From Stegostoma tigrinum (lineage: Eukaryota): DNA of 64,000 bases. Position numbers and translations under genes: made by a program. The notes below the pieces were generated by a model. The model did no database searches, was not told the DNA's origin, and saw only the letters and a program-made list of their open reading frames with translations. The first letter of the stretch is position 1, and every line of letters begins with the position of its first letter. The DNA is taken from contig NC_081366.1 of the NCBI RefSeq assembly GCF_030684315.1, positions 26,851,410 to 26,915,409 of the forward strand, in the 5' to 3' direction. Below, piece after piece: positions 1-14,100 of the stretch.

Positions 1-1577
1 AATTATTCATTGTGATAGCTCTATACAAGTTGAAAGAAAAGCTAAAAGACAAACCAATGTAATCCAGTATTTATTTCAAACTTTTCAGTTCATAAAGACC
101 ATGGTTTTAAGAATGGCCCATTAGAATTTTTCAGGTTCTGTGATGCAATGAAGATGATCTTAAAAAGTTGCTGCCACATCAGTTAGAAAATTGGGGTGTA
201 ACAAGTTATAGTATTCATGTTGTGCCATGGTATTGCACTCTTGTCTGTAAAAGTTCCAGGAAACCATGTAAAAAACATTCACGATAATGTGGCACATTAA
301 ACAAAGATATATATCTGAATATTCTTTTATGACATTGAAGAAGCGTTTATCATGCTCAATTTAAACAAAACATGAAGTCTTTTCTGCTACTTGCCATATG
401 GACAGCTCTGAAGGAGGTAAAAGGAAAAGACACGAAGAACTTCATCACAGTTTCTATATAAAATATATACTGTGTGTAATCCATTAAGTTAACTGACAAA
501 AGCATTTTACCTACGCACATACAAAATGAGAGTCATATGATGTGAGCGATATTTCTCTTTGAGCTTTGAGACACTGTCATAAATTGTGATATTGTGATAT
601 TCCAGATTGCCAGAAAGTGGGACCAATAAGTGTAGAAGTCTTGTGCTAACTTTGTGGGAATTACCTGAAAATTTGAACTTCTAATGGACAATTCCTCTGT
701 TCTCAGACATTCCAAAGAAATTCTTAATTTGCGATGGTGACTTTGAACAGTTCCGACTTACTTACCTGACAGCTGCCCATGAAATGTTAGATGGAAAATT
801 CCTGGATAACATAACATCTGACACCCTGACTCACTCTGGAACCCCTGATTCATCCCCAACACCTGACTCCACTGAATGCCTGCTTTCGCCTTCCAAATCA
901 GTCTGACAAACCACAGCATGACAACCTCTCATTGTCCAACTCAAGTATGCACCTCATCCATCTACCACTCAGTGCCCATGCCACCTTACTCCTTTCACTC
1001 CAACCTGTTGCCTTTGCACCCAACTGTCAGCCTCCCAACTATCATCCCCACCAAATGCAACACTACCTTCTTACTCACACCACACACACCCTACTTCCAT
1101 ACCCACTTCCCTCAGCCACAGTGTCCTATTACCCACTTCTCACACCTGCCCTACCTGCTTTGATCATTCATTTTTCCAACCCTAACACTTACAAGTCTAC
1201 ACAGTTATCCATTCACTGGTATTAACACGCTGAAAATTCTGGGAAACTTCATCTGTCAGCAGAACATGGAAGCTAGTGCTGTACAAAAGGGATGTGGCTT
1301 CTAGGCAGATTCCCTTTTCTGATGTCTCTGAAATTTCCTGCATTGAAGGTGTTTTGCAGGATATTCTATTAGAAGATTGGGCAGAAAATTTGTTGAAATT
1401 ATTTTAAAACATTCAGAAAGGTGGTTAAGGTGAAGAGAAAAACTGAAAATATGAATGTTTTCAAATAAGATTTATGGATCACCCATCCCCAACTGGGAAC
1501 CATTGAAAAAAACTGATAAGATCTATTATTTTCCAAATATCAGTGATAATACTGAATCCTCTCTGTTTTTCTTGCAG

Positions 1578-1678
1578 CTTGAAGATTTGAATGCTCAGAG
1601 TAAACAATCTCATTCATTTTTATACTTATTTAAAACCAGTAATATTCGAGCGATCACTATCATAAACATGCTGATTTG
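1578..1678 (+). CDS. SLC22A5: SLC22A5/A4-like (OCTN) transporter copy A, exon 6
   Basis: ttttcttgcag|CTT...TTTG|gtaagt; 101 bp, same size as human SLC22A5 exon 6; encodes LEDLNAQSKQSHSFLYLFKTSNIRAITIINMLIW. Confidence 0.9.
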
Positions 1679-4654
1679 GTAAGTAATGTGTTGAATTATA
1701 TAATAATTATAGCAGAGACGGAGATCATTCAGCCCATCTACCCCGTGCCAACTCTTTCAAAGAATAATCTAATTTGTTCCCCATGCTCCTACAAAAGTGT
1801 TTCTCCAGCTTATCCATGTAATTTTAATTGTTTCATTCCCAGAATTATTCCAGTAATCAGTTCAGTTATCTTTGCAATAACTTCATGTCTTTCCTGAAGA
1901 GTGGTTAAGAAATGGTTACAACAGTATAAGCTGTTTAGTTTGAAAGTTCCAGACCAGAAGTACTTGATAACAACTCTGAAGGGGATTTTTGAAGCTGAGA
2001 ATGTACAAGCTCAGTTGTAGGAAAGCTCCCAAAATAGGCCACTGTATTCTCATAATGGGGAACTGAGGTCACAGTTAAAATAGGCCCCATAGTTGTAACA
2101 GAGAAAAGAATTTGGTCTGGTGTGATTACTCTGTAGAGAGGGGTTTTGAGATTAATAAGGTGGTAATTTGCTGCATGTTACAAAATCACTAAATGTGTGT
2201 TAGATGTAAATTGTTTGCTCTATTCTATTTTGCCTTCATTTCTTTTGCACAATAAACTTCTGTCGTATTGTCAAAACCAAATTGCAGCATTGTGTGCTTG
2301 CGTTTCAGTGAAAGACCACCTCATTTAAAGCAAAAATAAAATCTATCAAGCAAGGTTTGCAGCTTTAAATGGTCCCTGTGCTTGTTCAGGACCATCACAC
2401 CTACCCGATCTTTATATGTCACTGGACCTGATTTCATGTCAACCATTGCTCTTACCCATACAGAGTCATTCCTGTGGTTCCCATACCAAACTTCATCCCC
2501 TAAAGTAAACTGTCTCTCTCATGTAGCGGAGTCTTGTATACAGCACTAGCGCTCCTGTGCTGCTTCATCCTCCTCTCAGTTCCAAGCAGATCAGATTTAA
2601 CCTGGTGCAGTTAGCAACTCTGCTGGAGCAATCCCTGTAATTGCATGAGGAGTGGACGTACAATCAAATAGGGACCTGGGCAGTTTGGTACCTCATGAAA
2701 CTGGAGACTGTTTCTTTAAGCTTTCCCTCAAAGTTTGGACTGCTCTTACTGCCAGACCATTAGATGATGGATGGTATGGAGCAGTCTTTATATGAAAAAT
2801 CTCATTCTACTTTAGGAAATACTCAAATTTCCTGCTGGTAAATAATAGCCCAATATCTGTGACTAAAACTTCCAGGAGTCCATATATTGCAGAAGATGCA
2901 TGCTGTTTTGTTTTATGGTCGTCCCTGTGTTTGCCGAATGAATTCTATGCACATCCAGCTATTTTGATAAAGAACATCGAGCCAATGAATGAACCTGCAT
3001 AGTTGACACATAATCAAGCCTAGAGTTTACTCAGCCATTCCCATGAATGTTGGAGAGCTGCTGGCTGTAATCTTCAACCTTGTTGGCACTCTGGGCACTG
3101 CCCAACTGACAAAGCTATGTGTGCATCCAATCCTGGCCACCAGACATAACTTGTCACCAGTGTCCTCATTTTGTAAACCCTGGATCACCCTGGTAGAGTT
3201 CAGCCAGTATTTGGTGGTGACCTTTGCTCTCCAAAATAACATGTCATCCTTTACAGTGATCTGGTCTTGCCAGGGCCAGAAAGGTTTCAATTCCCGTTGT
3301 GGTAGCCCTTTGCTGTCCCCTATTACCACCAGCTGCTTTCCAGAACTGGATTTTCTGTGTCAAAATCTGATATTGTCAGCAGCGACTAGAAGTGTGTCCA
3401 GAAAATTTAAAACCATTGTGGACTCTTCCAGCAAGGCTAGCACCAGTGGTGTATCTGCCACCAGGAGGCAGCTCAATGCATCCACATTTGCTACTTGGCC
3501 TCACAGATAATGTTCCAACTTCTAATTATGGATATTTGGCATTAGAGCCCACCTCTGAATTCAGCCTGAAGCTATGGGCAGCACTGTTTTCCATCTCTAA
3601 GTAGACCTAGCACAGGTTTGTGATCCAGTATTATTACAAATTCACATCCACAAAGGTTTTGGTGGAATGTCCTGATTCCAAATATGACTGCCACACCTTC
3701 CTCCTCTATCTGGGCATAATTACGCTCTGCATTAGCCAAAGTCATGGATGCTTACATTATTGGGCATTTCTCTCCACTGGGTCGCCTATGAGCTAATACT
3801 ACCCTGATGCCATACAGAGAGGCTTCGCATCTCAATACCAGATCTCACTTGAGATCACTGTGTGGCAACAGCTCAGCTGTTTCTTCACTTCTGTAAAAGC
3901 TATGGCTTGGATACGTGATTATTTCCAAGGCTGAGCCTTTTTCAAGAGTTAATGCAGAGCTACCACATTGGAGGCCAGGTGATATTTGAACTTTCTGTAA
4001 AGACCTAAGCTCCAGTACAGATGTGGGAGCTGGGCACCTTTGATCACCCTTACTTTATCTTCCAACAGGTGTAAACCTGTCTCATCAACATTATAACTCA
4101 AGTGGGTCACTTTGGGTGCCTACAGCACATAATTTTCCCTTCTAAGGCATACGCCTACCAGATAGAAATGTCTAAGGACAATGTCCAAGTACTCTAACTG
4201 CTCCTTATTGGTCTTCCCTTTACTAAGACATCATCAAGATAAATAGTGATCTGGGCTATACATAGTAAAATGTTCTCCATTGTCAGCTGAAAATTTGCAT
4301 AGATTGACCATGCCCTAAATGACAGTCTCATATATTGATACGAACCGTTATGGATACTAATTGTAGCATGATTGTGGAAATCGTCATGCAATTGCAATTA
4401 TGGGCATGATTCATGTCTGGCTTCGTGATGGATAGCACCCCCCCCCCCCCACCCCCGCCACCCACCAGCTTTGCATATGAATCCTGTATGCAAGGGATTT
4501 GGTACTTATTCAGCTTTGAAAAGCAGTTTACCATTTGTTTGAAATCTTCACAAAGGCAAACCAACCAGTGGGCTTCACAATTGCTATGGCCGCTGCTGCC
4601 CATTCTACAAACTGTCTTCATTGGATGATTTCATTGCTTTCCAGTCTCCCAAAT

Positions 4655-4752
4655 AGCTCTCTGATGAAGGGTCTAGGCCCGAAACATCAGCTTTTGTGCT
4701 CCTGAGATGCTGCTGGGCCTGCTGTGTTCATCCAGCCTCATATTTTATTATC
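4655..4752 (+). mobile_element. Penelope-like element 3'-end fragment with hammerhead-like core
   Basis: Matches the end of the element at 55240-55330; CTGATGA-agggtctaggccc-GAAA at 4661-4684; tcccaaat repeated on both sides. Confidence 0.7.
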
Positions 4753-5499
4753 CCAAATTCTGCCTCTACTTTTGCACATGAGGAAAATGACACTGGGTGG
4801 GCCTTGCAGGATCATGGAAATGTTTCCTGGTCGACAAGCAAGGTGGCCTTACCTCCTTTCATGGTAACTAGACCTTCCTGAAAATCTTGCGGGTATTTAA
4901 TTAGGACCTCACTCAGGCAGCCATTTTCTAATCAAAATATGTTGAGCCAATCTGGGTAAATTTTTCTCAACCAATTTTGCCCCATCAAGCTTGCATTCGA
5001 GCCTTTTACTTCAATCAGCGGTAACTGAACCAGCTGCTTCTCATAAGAGACTGGAACAGAAGTTGTACCCTTAATCTGTAATGGTTCCCTGTTATAGGTT
5101 CTCATTTAACTGAGGTTTTGTGCAAACTTAACAGTTGGCATCTAGAGTGAATTTTGTTGAAGACCGCTTCTGCAATCAGTGAAATGGCCTTTCTGGTATC
5201 AACCTCAATTAGAACCAGGCGACGAGTTAACTAGGCATTTATTTTGATTGGTTCGGATTTGGATGTTGCTAAGCAATTTAACTGTTCCAAATCAGATGTA
5301 AGTAGACTTTCCAGGGTGTATACTCTCCTGGATACCAGCCTGTGAGATCTGTTGCTCCGTTTAGGTCTAATGGAACTCTTTTTAATGTGTCAAGCTCGCA
5401 TGTCATCAGCAATTATAATGGCTTGCTGGCCTGGATCCTGGACAAATTTTTAATGCTTTGGCTGAGGCTTGGCTTTACTTTAAAACAAAGAAAGAAAAA

Positions 5500-5858
5500 T
5501 GAATAATACAGCACCGGAACAAGCCCTTTAGCCCTCCAAGCTTGTGCTGACATGTTGCCCTCCCATTCTAAAACTTATACAATCTGTATCCCTCTATTCC
5601 CTTCCTATTCATGTATTCATCCAGGTGCTTCTTAAGTGCAGGTATTGTGTCGACTTCCACAACCTCCTCCGGCAGCTCATAACCCTCACCCTAACTCACC
5701 ACCCTTTGTGTGAAAAACATGCTTTGGCCATCTTTTTTAAACTCGCCTCCATCCCCCACACCTTGAATCTGTGTACCCTAGTAATTGACCCCTCCACCGT
5801 AGGAAAAAGCCTCATACTTTCTGCTCTAACCTTGCCATTCACAATCTTGTAAACATCT
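5500..5858 (-). mobile_element. CR1 LINE 3' fragment nested in the Gypsy element
   Basis: Similar to the 3' ends of the other CR1 copies (caccaccctttgtgtgaaaa, caccttgaatctgtg). Confidence 0.7.
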
Positions 5859-7605
5859 ATCAGGGTTTTACAGTTTTGTTGTGAGCTGACCTAGAATCCC
5901 TCTGTTCGAGATATGCCCGAAATGAGGCTATGCAATTGCCTTCGCTCAAGTGGTGTTCCCCAAGTTGAGTTGGACTGGCTATGATGTCCACTACCATCGG
6001 AATACCCTGCAACCCATGTGCTCCATTGCTGCATTTTCCAATGATAAAGTCATTGTAATGCCTCTTTGAAGTTGAGTTGGGCTTCCAGTTAGTCAATGCT
6101 TTTGCATAATTACATCATTATTCCCACATACCAAACGGTCTATCAGTATCTCATTAAGTGTTAGACCAAAGTCACATGCCTGCCAGTAATCTTAACCTAG
6201 TCAAAAATCCGGATATAAATTCCCCTGGTTCTCGAATTGCCAAATAAAACCAATAACATCTCAGAATGAGAGTAATCTTGGTGTTGTAATATTTTTTAAC
6301 TAAATCTGTGAACTTTTGAAAGGTTTTAATTTCTGGTTTCACAGGGAATGTTAGGTTTCAATGACCAATAAAGCTGGAGGTCCGCAAGCTGTTGGGAGAA
6401 TTACAAGTTGGTTTTCATCTGCCCCAGTGTCGTTTGCCTGTAAAGAATAACACAATAATTCCACATTTTAGGCACAGTCTTCAGCAGAACTTTTCTGAGG
6501 AAGGATCACTGGACCCAAAATGTTAACTCTGATTTTTCATCACAGATGTTGTCAGTCGTGCTGAGCTTTTCCAGAAACTTCTGTTTTTGTTCTTTGATGT
6601 CCATCTGGCTGACCGCATTACAATTACTACACATCATAACACCATACCTGAACAGGTTAATTAAAAATATCTAAAATGGAAGCCTGGGAACAGAGATCTA
6701 CCCCAACTACAAACCCGCTGGTGGTTAATACTGTAATATGGTGAGAGCCATACCTGCCACCTTCTGTATTTCTTGACTGCTATGTTGTTTTGAATGAATG
6801 CTAATAGCTGATTTTTTTGAACCATATTAATTATAATTTGTGAAAGTTACAGGCAATGAATAAAAAGGAACACATTGCAGAAATTGAATAATTCGCTGAA
6901 CAAAACAAATTAATTTTACCTTCCCTTGTTCTTTACTTTATGCAATTCTGATATTCTATTAATATTTTTACAGTGCAGTTCAAATTATCATAACCTATTT
7001 TAGTTAATTGTTTGATATGATACATTCAAATATACATGTGGTGTAATCCTGAAGAGAGTTTAGCATTCTAGCTTACTGTTACATAAACTATGTAGAACCA
7101 TCACAACTTGACCAATAAGACTTCCCCTGATAATACCATGCATCACTCACAACGTGACCAATAATACCACAGACGACTACATACTTGCACTGTTAACTGC
7201 AGCAATCCAATGCTTTGGATCCATTTTGTGGTACTTGATTGTTATCTATAATATTGGAATGAAATCCTGCATTTGGGTATTGTATAGAGCATTTGTTTTG
7301 TCAAGCAAATTCCAGTAGAGATGCTGTTGTTTCTCAATGAACAACATTTTGGAGGGGGCTGGATGATAGATTTTGAAGGCTAATTGCCTGCGCAGAATAA
7401 TCTTATTCACCTTCTAATATTTGGCATCAGTAATTACTATGGAGAGTAGATCTCCTGCTTACCCCCTTCTTGGGAAATGATAGGTGGGACAAGGAGCACA
7501 AATGAGAAAGTAAGAAAATCCCGGTAAGTCTATCATGGAAGAGAAGGGCTTGGGAGAAAAGTTTAAAAATTTGATTCACAAGAATATTTTGCCATATCAT
7601 TGCAG

Positions 7606-7820
7606 GATGGTTTCTGCATCTGGCTACTTCAGCCTGTCTTTGGGCACACCCAATCTCCATGGTGATGACTATCTGAACTGTTTCTTCTCTGGTGCCATCG
7701 AAGTTCCAGCCTATGTAGCAGCTTGGATTTTTCTCGAGAAGGTTTCCCGAAGGTTCAGCCATTCAGGCTCGCTTTTCCTTGGTGGAGTTGTCCTTTTCTT
7801 CATTGAACTCATTCCTTCAA
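7606..7820 (+). CDS. SLC22A5: SLC22A5/A4-like copy A, exon 7
   Basis: ttgcag|G ATG GTT...CCT TCA A|gtaaag; 215 bp as in human exon 7; MVSASGYFSLSLGTPNLHGDDYLNCFFSGAIEVPAY. Confidence 0.95.
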
Positions 7821-8504
7821 GTAAAGTTTTACAGTTCAGTTCAAATTATCATCATCTGTCCTTCATTAAACATTTTAAAATAGCATTCCATCGTAAATTG
7901 AAACCTGATTGTAACATTGTCTTTAAGAGATTTTAGCATTCTGGAATATTTTTCCACAGACTATGAAAACTCGTCAGTTTGGTTGTATTGTAATGATCAG
8001 GCGCTGAGAGAACAGTAAGGAAGGGAAAGTTGGTGGGTCTCCATTTTTTCGTCAGTCACATACATCTCTGAGTTCCATCAAAAGTAGCATTAGCAGAGGA
8101 GCTGAAATGTTAAACCTCCTTTTCATCCTGAGATATGCTTAATTGTACAAAACTGATGTGTTATTCGAGAATCATATTATAGGACAGTTGAAACTCGCTT
8201 TAATCAAATTACAATTAAACATCACAACTGGAACAAATATACTCTTATGACAGACTGTATGTTATTCTTAAATCTGTGGTTTTACACTTCTGGGTGCATA
8301 ATAGCCAAGCCGTAACCCATGTTACTTGCTATATAAATAAGTAGATGTGATGTATATTTCTGTGGGACAATCGAGCCTTTCAATCTGCTCTGCTTTCCAG
8401 TAAGCTTTAACATGCCAGCAAAGGCACTGCAATGAGAGATCAAATATACTAAGTGTACTTTTATGAGTTGGAAGCAGAATTCGTCAAAGATCCTTGTCTC
8501 ATAT

Positions 8505-8800
8505 CAGCCAATCCCATGACCACCTCTGTCAAGAGGGACGACCATAGCAGATACATGGGAACACCAGAGCTGCAAGTTCCCCTCCAGGTCACTGACCATA
8601 CTGCCTTGGAAATATGCTGCCATTCCGACATTGTCACTGAGTCAAAATCAAAACTCTTCCCTTGTGGTTTTGTGAGTTTACCTACAGCCCATGGGCTGCA
8701 GTGGTTCAAAAAGGCAGCTCATCACCACCTGTTCAAGGGCAACTTGGGACAGGAAATAAATGCAGGCCAGTCAATGATGCTAACGTTCCATGAGTGAAAT
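8505..8800 (+). mobile_element. L2/CR1-clade LINE 3' fragment
   Basis: GLQWFKKAAHHHLFKGN plus tail, same family as 44050-45520. Confidence 0.65.
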
Positions 8801-9629
8801 CAAGAAAAGCTATAATAAACTCACTCATAGTTAGTAAGACCTGATCACTGAGTTTTGCTTCCAGGTGTTTATAGTAACTGTTACAATTGGATCCTTATCA
8901 CTCAAGACTGTATCTTGTGTGTTATATTATGTTCTATGGGTAAATTAAATTGTACGTTGTAGGGATTACATTCAGGAGTGATAATGGGCATGGTGACCTC
9001 TGAAAAATTTGTCAAAGTTCTCAATTTAATGTAGGGCATTTCCTGAATGCCTTTTCCTCTCGCTGCTGTGTGACAACTCTGGTGTAATTGCCTTTTTTAT
9101 GTCTCCATTTTTCCACAAGCTTTATTAGTTATCTGTACAGTTTGTCATTGATGTCCTTCACCAAGTTGTTTAGACACAACAAATTATTTCCCTTTCTAAA
9201 ACCTATTGAATCTTTGGAACCATTCACCTTGGTTAAAAAGGATATTCCCACAAGCCTGAGTATTTTGAAAGGATGTTTCCAAATTGCCACGCTGATTTCT
9301 GCAGGCTACTTTGTTACTGAAAACATTTGTTCAGAATTTCCAGACTGCCTTTTTAAGATATCATGAGTTAAAGCTTTATTGAAACTATGTATCCTGCCAT
9401 TAGTTGGACTCATCCTTGGCTAGAATTGTGCATTTTGGAGTTGAAGTGTGACATTGGGCATCTATCTAGGGTCTTTTCTGTCACAGCCTGAGACAAATGT
9501 TCTCATGCAATTACACACCTCTCAGCTCATTTCATCGGCAAGCAAGTTTGAGCATAAGTTAAGCGATGAACCACTTGCAGCTGACACAATGTTCTCACCC
9601 AGAGCTAGACCTTCTCGGATGAAGGGTTA

Positions 9630-11190
9630 GCTGCTGCATTTAAAGCCCATCTAAATGTCCTGTCACATGTTGCAAGTCAGGAGCATGTGTTGGTCACACC
9701 CAAAACGCCAAGGTGTTGCAGAACAGCCAAAGATTTACCAGACAGTTTTCTAAGTCTGTGCCAAAAATTCTGCTCTGGGTTGTCTGGTAGATAAGGAGAG
9801 GCCATTCCCCTGCCATGGTGCCAAGACTTCTTACCACCAGTTCTAAGCACCTTGGGCTGAGCTCATAGGAAATTTCGATGCCCATTGGCAGCATCAAAGA
9901 ACACACACATAATGAAGGAAGTGGATAAACAATACCCTGTGCTCCCAAAGTTAAGTGACACCATCTTTTCATTGTTAGCTCACGCTTCCCGGGATATCAT
10001 GCAGTCTAATTTGTCCATCCTCACATGTATCAAATGCTTGTAAGCCTCAGTGTGATGTTCACTGAAGGGCTAACAGCCCATTCATTTTGCCAATGGGGCT
10101 GTGCTTCCTATTTACTCACTACGGTGGACTCACTACCTCAACATGACAATGCACATTCTTACATTACTCAAACAACCATTTCTATTACTCTTGACCTTCT
10201 CGTTCCCTCATTTCAGGACAAACTAGTCAACAACAAAAAGGACTGGTGGTGGGGTGTCATGTCTGAAACCTCAGCTACTGAGAGCAGCATACAATGGAGC
10301 TGATGGGTAAGAGCCATAACTGATAAAGTGCTGATGGAGAGATCAGTTTGGCAGGAAAAGTCAGTGAGGAAATTCGCAGTCTGCTCTTCTCAGATATGCA
10401 GGTCGTTTCACACATTCATCTACAAAATGATTTGTGCATCTCAACCAACGAAGCAGTTCTTTTTTCATCAGGACAGCAGGTCAACGGATGCCATTCACAG
10501 GAGAAAATGGCCTGTTCCTAGCAGGACCACCATCTTTGAGGATGATGCTGTGAAATTGCAGAGGAGACACAGGCACAGCACCCTTCATCATCATCTCAAT
10601 TGGGTACTCTAGCTAGATCAGACTCAGGGATACAATCTAATGAACACATCAAGGGCATAGAGCAGCTGCTGGAGGAAGAAAGGCCTGAGGTCACTGACAC
10701 TCAGAAGGCTACTGGAAATTAGGCACTTTCTGAGCCCCATGCAGAAGGCATGTCTCCATAACCATTGTAAATGAAATGGTCAACATGCAGAGACAGGCAG
10801 GCGAACACCTGGCAGTGATGCGAGAGGCTCTCTGCAGCCCAGAGCCCTCAGTGGTTCCTAGTACATGCGCAGACCTGCAAACCATCTCTAGCAGAGCCAA
10901 AGGGGGATAAGACACATTGACCTTACTCTGGATGCCCCTTCTTCTCAATAGGTGGTGTCAACAAACAACCACATGGAGTGGAATAGAAAGCCAAGCGCCT
11001 GTCAAATCTCATCTCAGGTCTCTCCAGAGGTGCTCTGCCCTTGCCTTCTCTCTCTGCCAGTGAAGCCATTGCCTCAGCAACGCCGCCAAATGGATGCACC
11101 CGCATTAGTGCAGGAGACTCTTAGCATGCTGGGCTCATAAAAGTCTTGACAGTCACCAGGGTAAACCAGTCGGGCTTCCTCACATCAGAT
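9630..11190. mobile_element. Possible decayed DNA transposon remnant (PIF/Harbinger-like)
   Basis: GC-richer, coding-like but broken block between other repeats; resemblance judged by eye only, no diagnostic motif confirmed. Confidence 0.3.
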
Positions 11191-11199
11191 GTGGATGTC

Positions 11200-14100
11200 A
11201 TCACAACACCTTGATGGATGGGAGGCAGGATTGGTTAACACAGAGAGGATTGCAAACCAGGATTATTCTGTCCATTGGAAATATATAACTCGTGGAGTGC
11301 CACAAGGATTAGTTTTATGGTCTCAATTATTTATCATCCATAATCATGAGTTGAAGGATGGCACAGAGTATAATATATGAAGATATTAAAATAGGTGAGA
11401 GGGCAGGTTATTATGAGGACATAAGGAATTTGAAAGAGGATGTAAACAGGTTGAGTGAATGGACAAAGACTTGGTTGATTGGGTTTAATATAGGGAAGTA
11501 TGAGGTCATGCATTTTGGGAAGAAGAATAAAAAAGCTAATTATTATTTAAATAGAGAGAGAGACTGCAAAAAAAATACAGTGCCAAGATCTGGTTGTTCT
11601 TGTGCACGAAACACAAAATGTTGGAATGTAGATGCAACAAATAATTAAGAGAGTAAATGGAAATATGACCTTTTTGCTAGGGGGTTGGATTTTAAAATAG
11701 GTAGTTTTTGTTACAGCTATACATATATGGTGAGGTCATATCGGGAGAACTGTGTTCAGTTTTGCTCCCTGGATTTAAGAAAGATAGACTGCCTTTGGAA
11801 GCAATTCAGAAGACTTTCATTCAGCAAATTCCTGTGATGAAGAGGATGTCTTATCAAGAACAGTTGAATAGGTTTAGTCTTTGTTCATTAGAATTTGGAG
11901 GAATAAGAAGTGATCCAATTAAAACATATCAATTTTTGAGGAGGCCTTTCAAAATAAATGTTGAAAGGATGTTTCCAATCGCACAGTACCTTGAACTAGG
12001 GTAGCAGATACAGAATAAATAAACATTTAAAACAGAATTGCAAAAAAAAATTATTTTCTCAAGGTTGTGAATACCTGGAACTCTTGAGGCATAGAGTTGT
12101 GAGGATTAGATTACTGAAAGTATTTAAAGGGAATGTAGATAAGTTTATGAAATATTGAGAAGTTGAGGGCTATGAGGAGCTGGCACAAAAGAGGAGTTGA
12201 GGCTTGGGGCAGATCAGCTATGATCTTATCGAATGGCAGAGCAGACTTGAATGGATGAACTCCTAAACTCCTTCACCAATTTCTAAATTTAACAGAAACA
12301 TAGATGTTCATTTGCATAATGTATCTGAAGCTCAGGCAATAGTGATGAGCTCAAAGGGAGACGACTGAGACTAGCATAGCCGCATAATGGGTCCAACACA
12401 GGAAATTAATGAAAATGATGCCAAAATGTGTCTGTTGTCCAAGTAGTGTTGGAGACAAAGTTCTTTCCCCTTGCTAGGGTTTCTGTTGTCAGTTCAAATG
12501 TTCTCTGTACCCGAGGTGGACAATGTAAACTGAGAGGTTATTCCTCACCTTCCTTTTGGGGAGCTAATAAGGAAGTGTTTGTATTTGTGCTGCAATCTTG
12601 GACCAGGCTGGCCGTAGTCAGGTGTTCTGGTCTTCACTGCTGGTCCTGGGGGGATAGGAAGAACCACATCATGCATTCAAGGGTAATTTGGCACGAGCAA
12701 TATACTTGCCTAACCAGCAATACTCACATCTCATGACCAAATAGGAAAAATGTGTGGAATGATTTGGTAAGAGGCATGTGGAGAGATAATATAAATCAAA
12801 GCTTACCATTCTAAAAGAGGTCTGAGAGCAGATAGATTTGGTATCTATGTGCATACATCATTAGAATGTGATTAATCGTACAGCATCCTTGGCTTTTTCA
12901 ATTGGGCATAGAGAACAAAAGCAAACAAGCTATGTTAGAACTGTTCAAATTTTAAAAAGTTAGTTCACCCTCAACTGGAATGTTGCACCCAGTTTTCAGT
13001 GTCACATTTTAAGAAGATGGGAAAGCACTAACGAGAATACAAATAAGGTTAGTGAGAATGCTACCATGGAGGAGGAACTTCAGTTTGCAGATAGATAGGA
13101 GAAATTGAGATAGCTGTCTCAACAGAAGAGAATGTTGAGAGGAGATCTGATAAAGGTATTCAAAATCATGAGATCTCTAGACTGATTAGATCAGGAGAAA
13201 CAGATCCATGGTTGGAAGGATTAAGATACAAAGTGCAGAGATTTAACGTAATTGACTCCAGAAGAAAAGGTGACATGAAGACAAAGTCCCACCCATGACA
13301 GTGATGTGCAAAATTAACCACAATGTAAATGTGAGGTCATCAACAGAGGTAATAAAAACAGGAGTGCAGATTATTATTTGAATGGCTGTAAATTGAAAGC
13401 AAGGAATGTTCACGAGACCTGCATTTCCTTATGCACCAGCCACAAGTGTAGCAGGCAAAAAAGAAGGTAATTTGTACATTGGCCTTCATAGCCAGAGTAC
13501 TGGAATGCAAGAATAAGTATGGTTTTCTGCAACTCTAGAGGGCATTGATGAGGCCACACCTGGAACATCATGTGCAGGTTTGGTCTCCTTATCTGAGGAA
13601 GGATGTTCTTGCTGTAGAAGCAGAGCAGTGAAGCTTTAGCAAATTGAGTCCTGGGATAGCAGAAGTGGTGAATAGGAGGAGATTGCGTCAGTTAAGATTG
13701 TATTCGCCAGACTTTAGAGTTTAGAAGGATAAAAGGGGGTCTCGTAGGAACTTATAAAATTCTAGATAAGTTAGATGTAGGAAGGATGTTCTCGATAGCA
13801 TTGGAGTCCAGAACCAGGGGTCATAGTTTAAGAATAATTGGTACATCTTTTGGAACTGAGATGAGGAGAAATTTCTTCACCCAGAGAGTGATGAACCTGT
13901 GAAATTCACTGCCACAGAAAGTGGTTGAGGCTAAAACATGGTGTTTTCAAAAAGATGGTAGAAATAGCTTTTGTGGCTAAAGGGATATGGGAACGGGAGA
14001 TTTAAGGTATTGGGCAAGATGATCAGCCATGATCAGAATGAATAGCAAAGCAGGCTTGAGGGGTTGAATGGCTTACTTCTGCTCCTGTCTTCTGTGTTTC
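11200..14100 (+). mobile_element. Cluster of old CR1 LINE RT/3' fragments (about 11200-12270, 12790-13280, 13320-14100)
   Basis: GVPQGLVL, FNIGKYEVMHFGKKN and LEAIQKTF motifs plus CR1 3' tails; heavily decayed. Confidence 0.8.

Larger units (their letters stand above)
2358..6480 (-). mobile_element. Decayed Ty3/Gypsy LTR retrotransposon internal region (gag, protease, RT, RNase H, integrase)
   Basis: Minus-strand remnants such as CEDFKQMVN, KYQIPCIQD and ITIYLDDVLV (RT) with gag-like sequence near 5860-6480; many stops and frameshifts; interrupted by younger insertions; ends approximate. Confidence 0.8.

Noticed and set aside
876-1225. Pro/His/Thr-rich ORFs
   Set aside because: C/A-rich low-complexity intronic sequence with no splice or homology support
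4438-4465. Poly-C run giving poly-Pro or poly-Gly ORFs
   Set aside because: Homopolymer expansion inside a dead Gypsy RT
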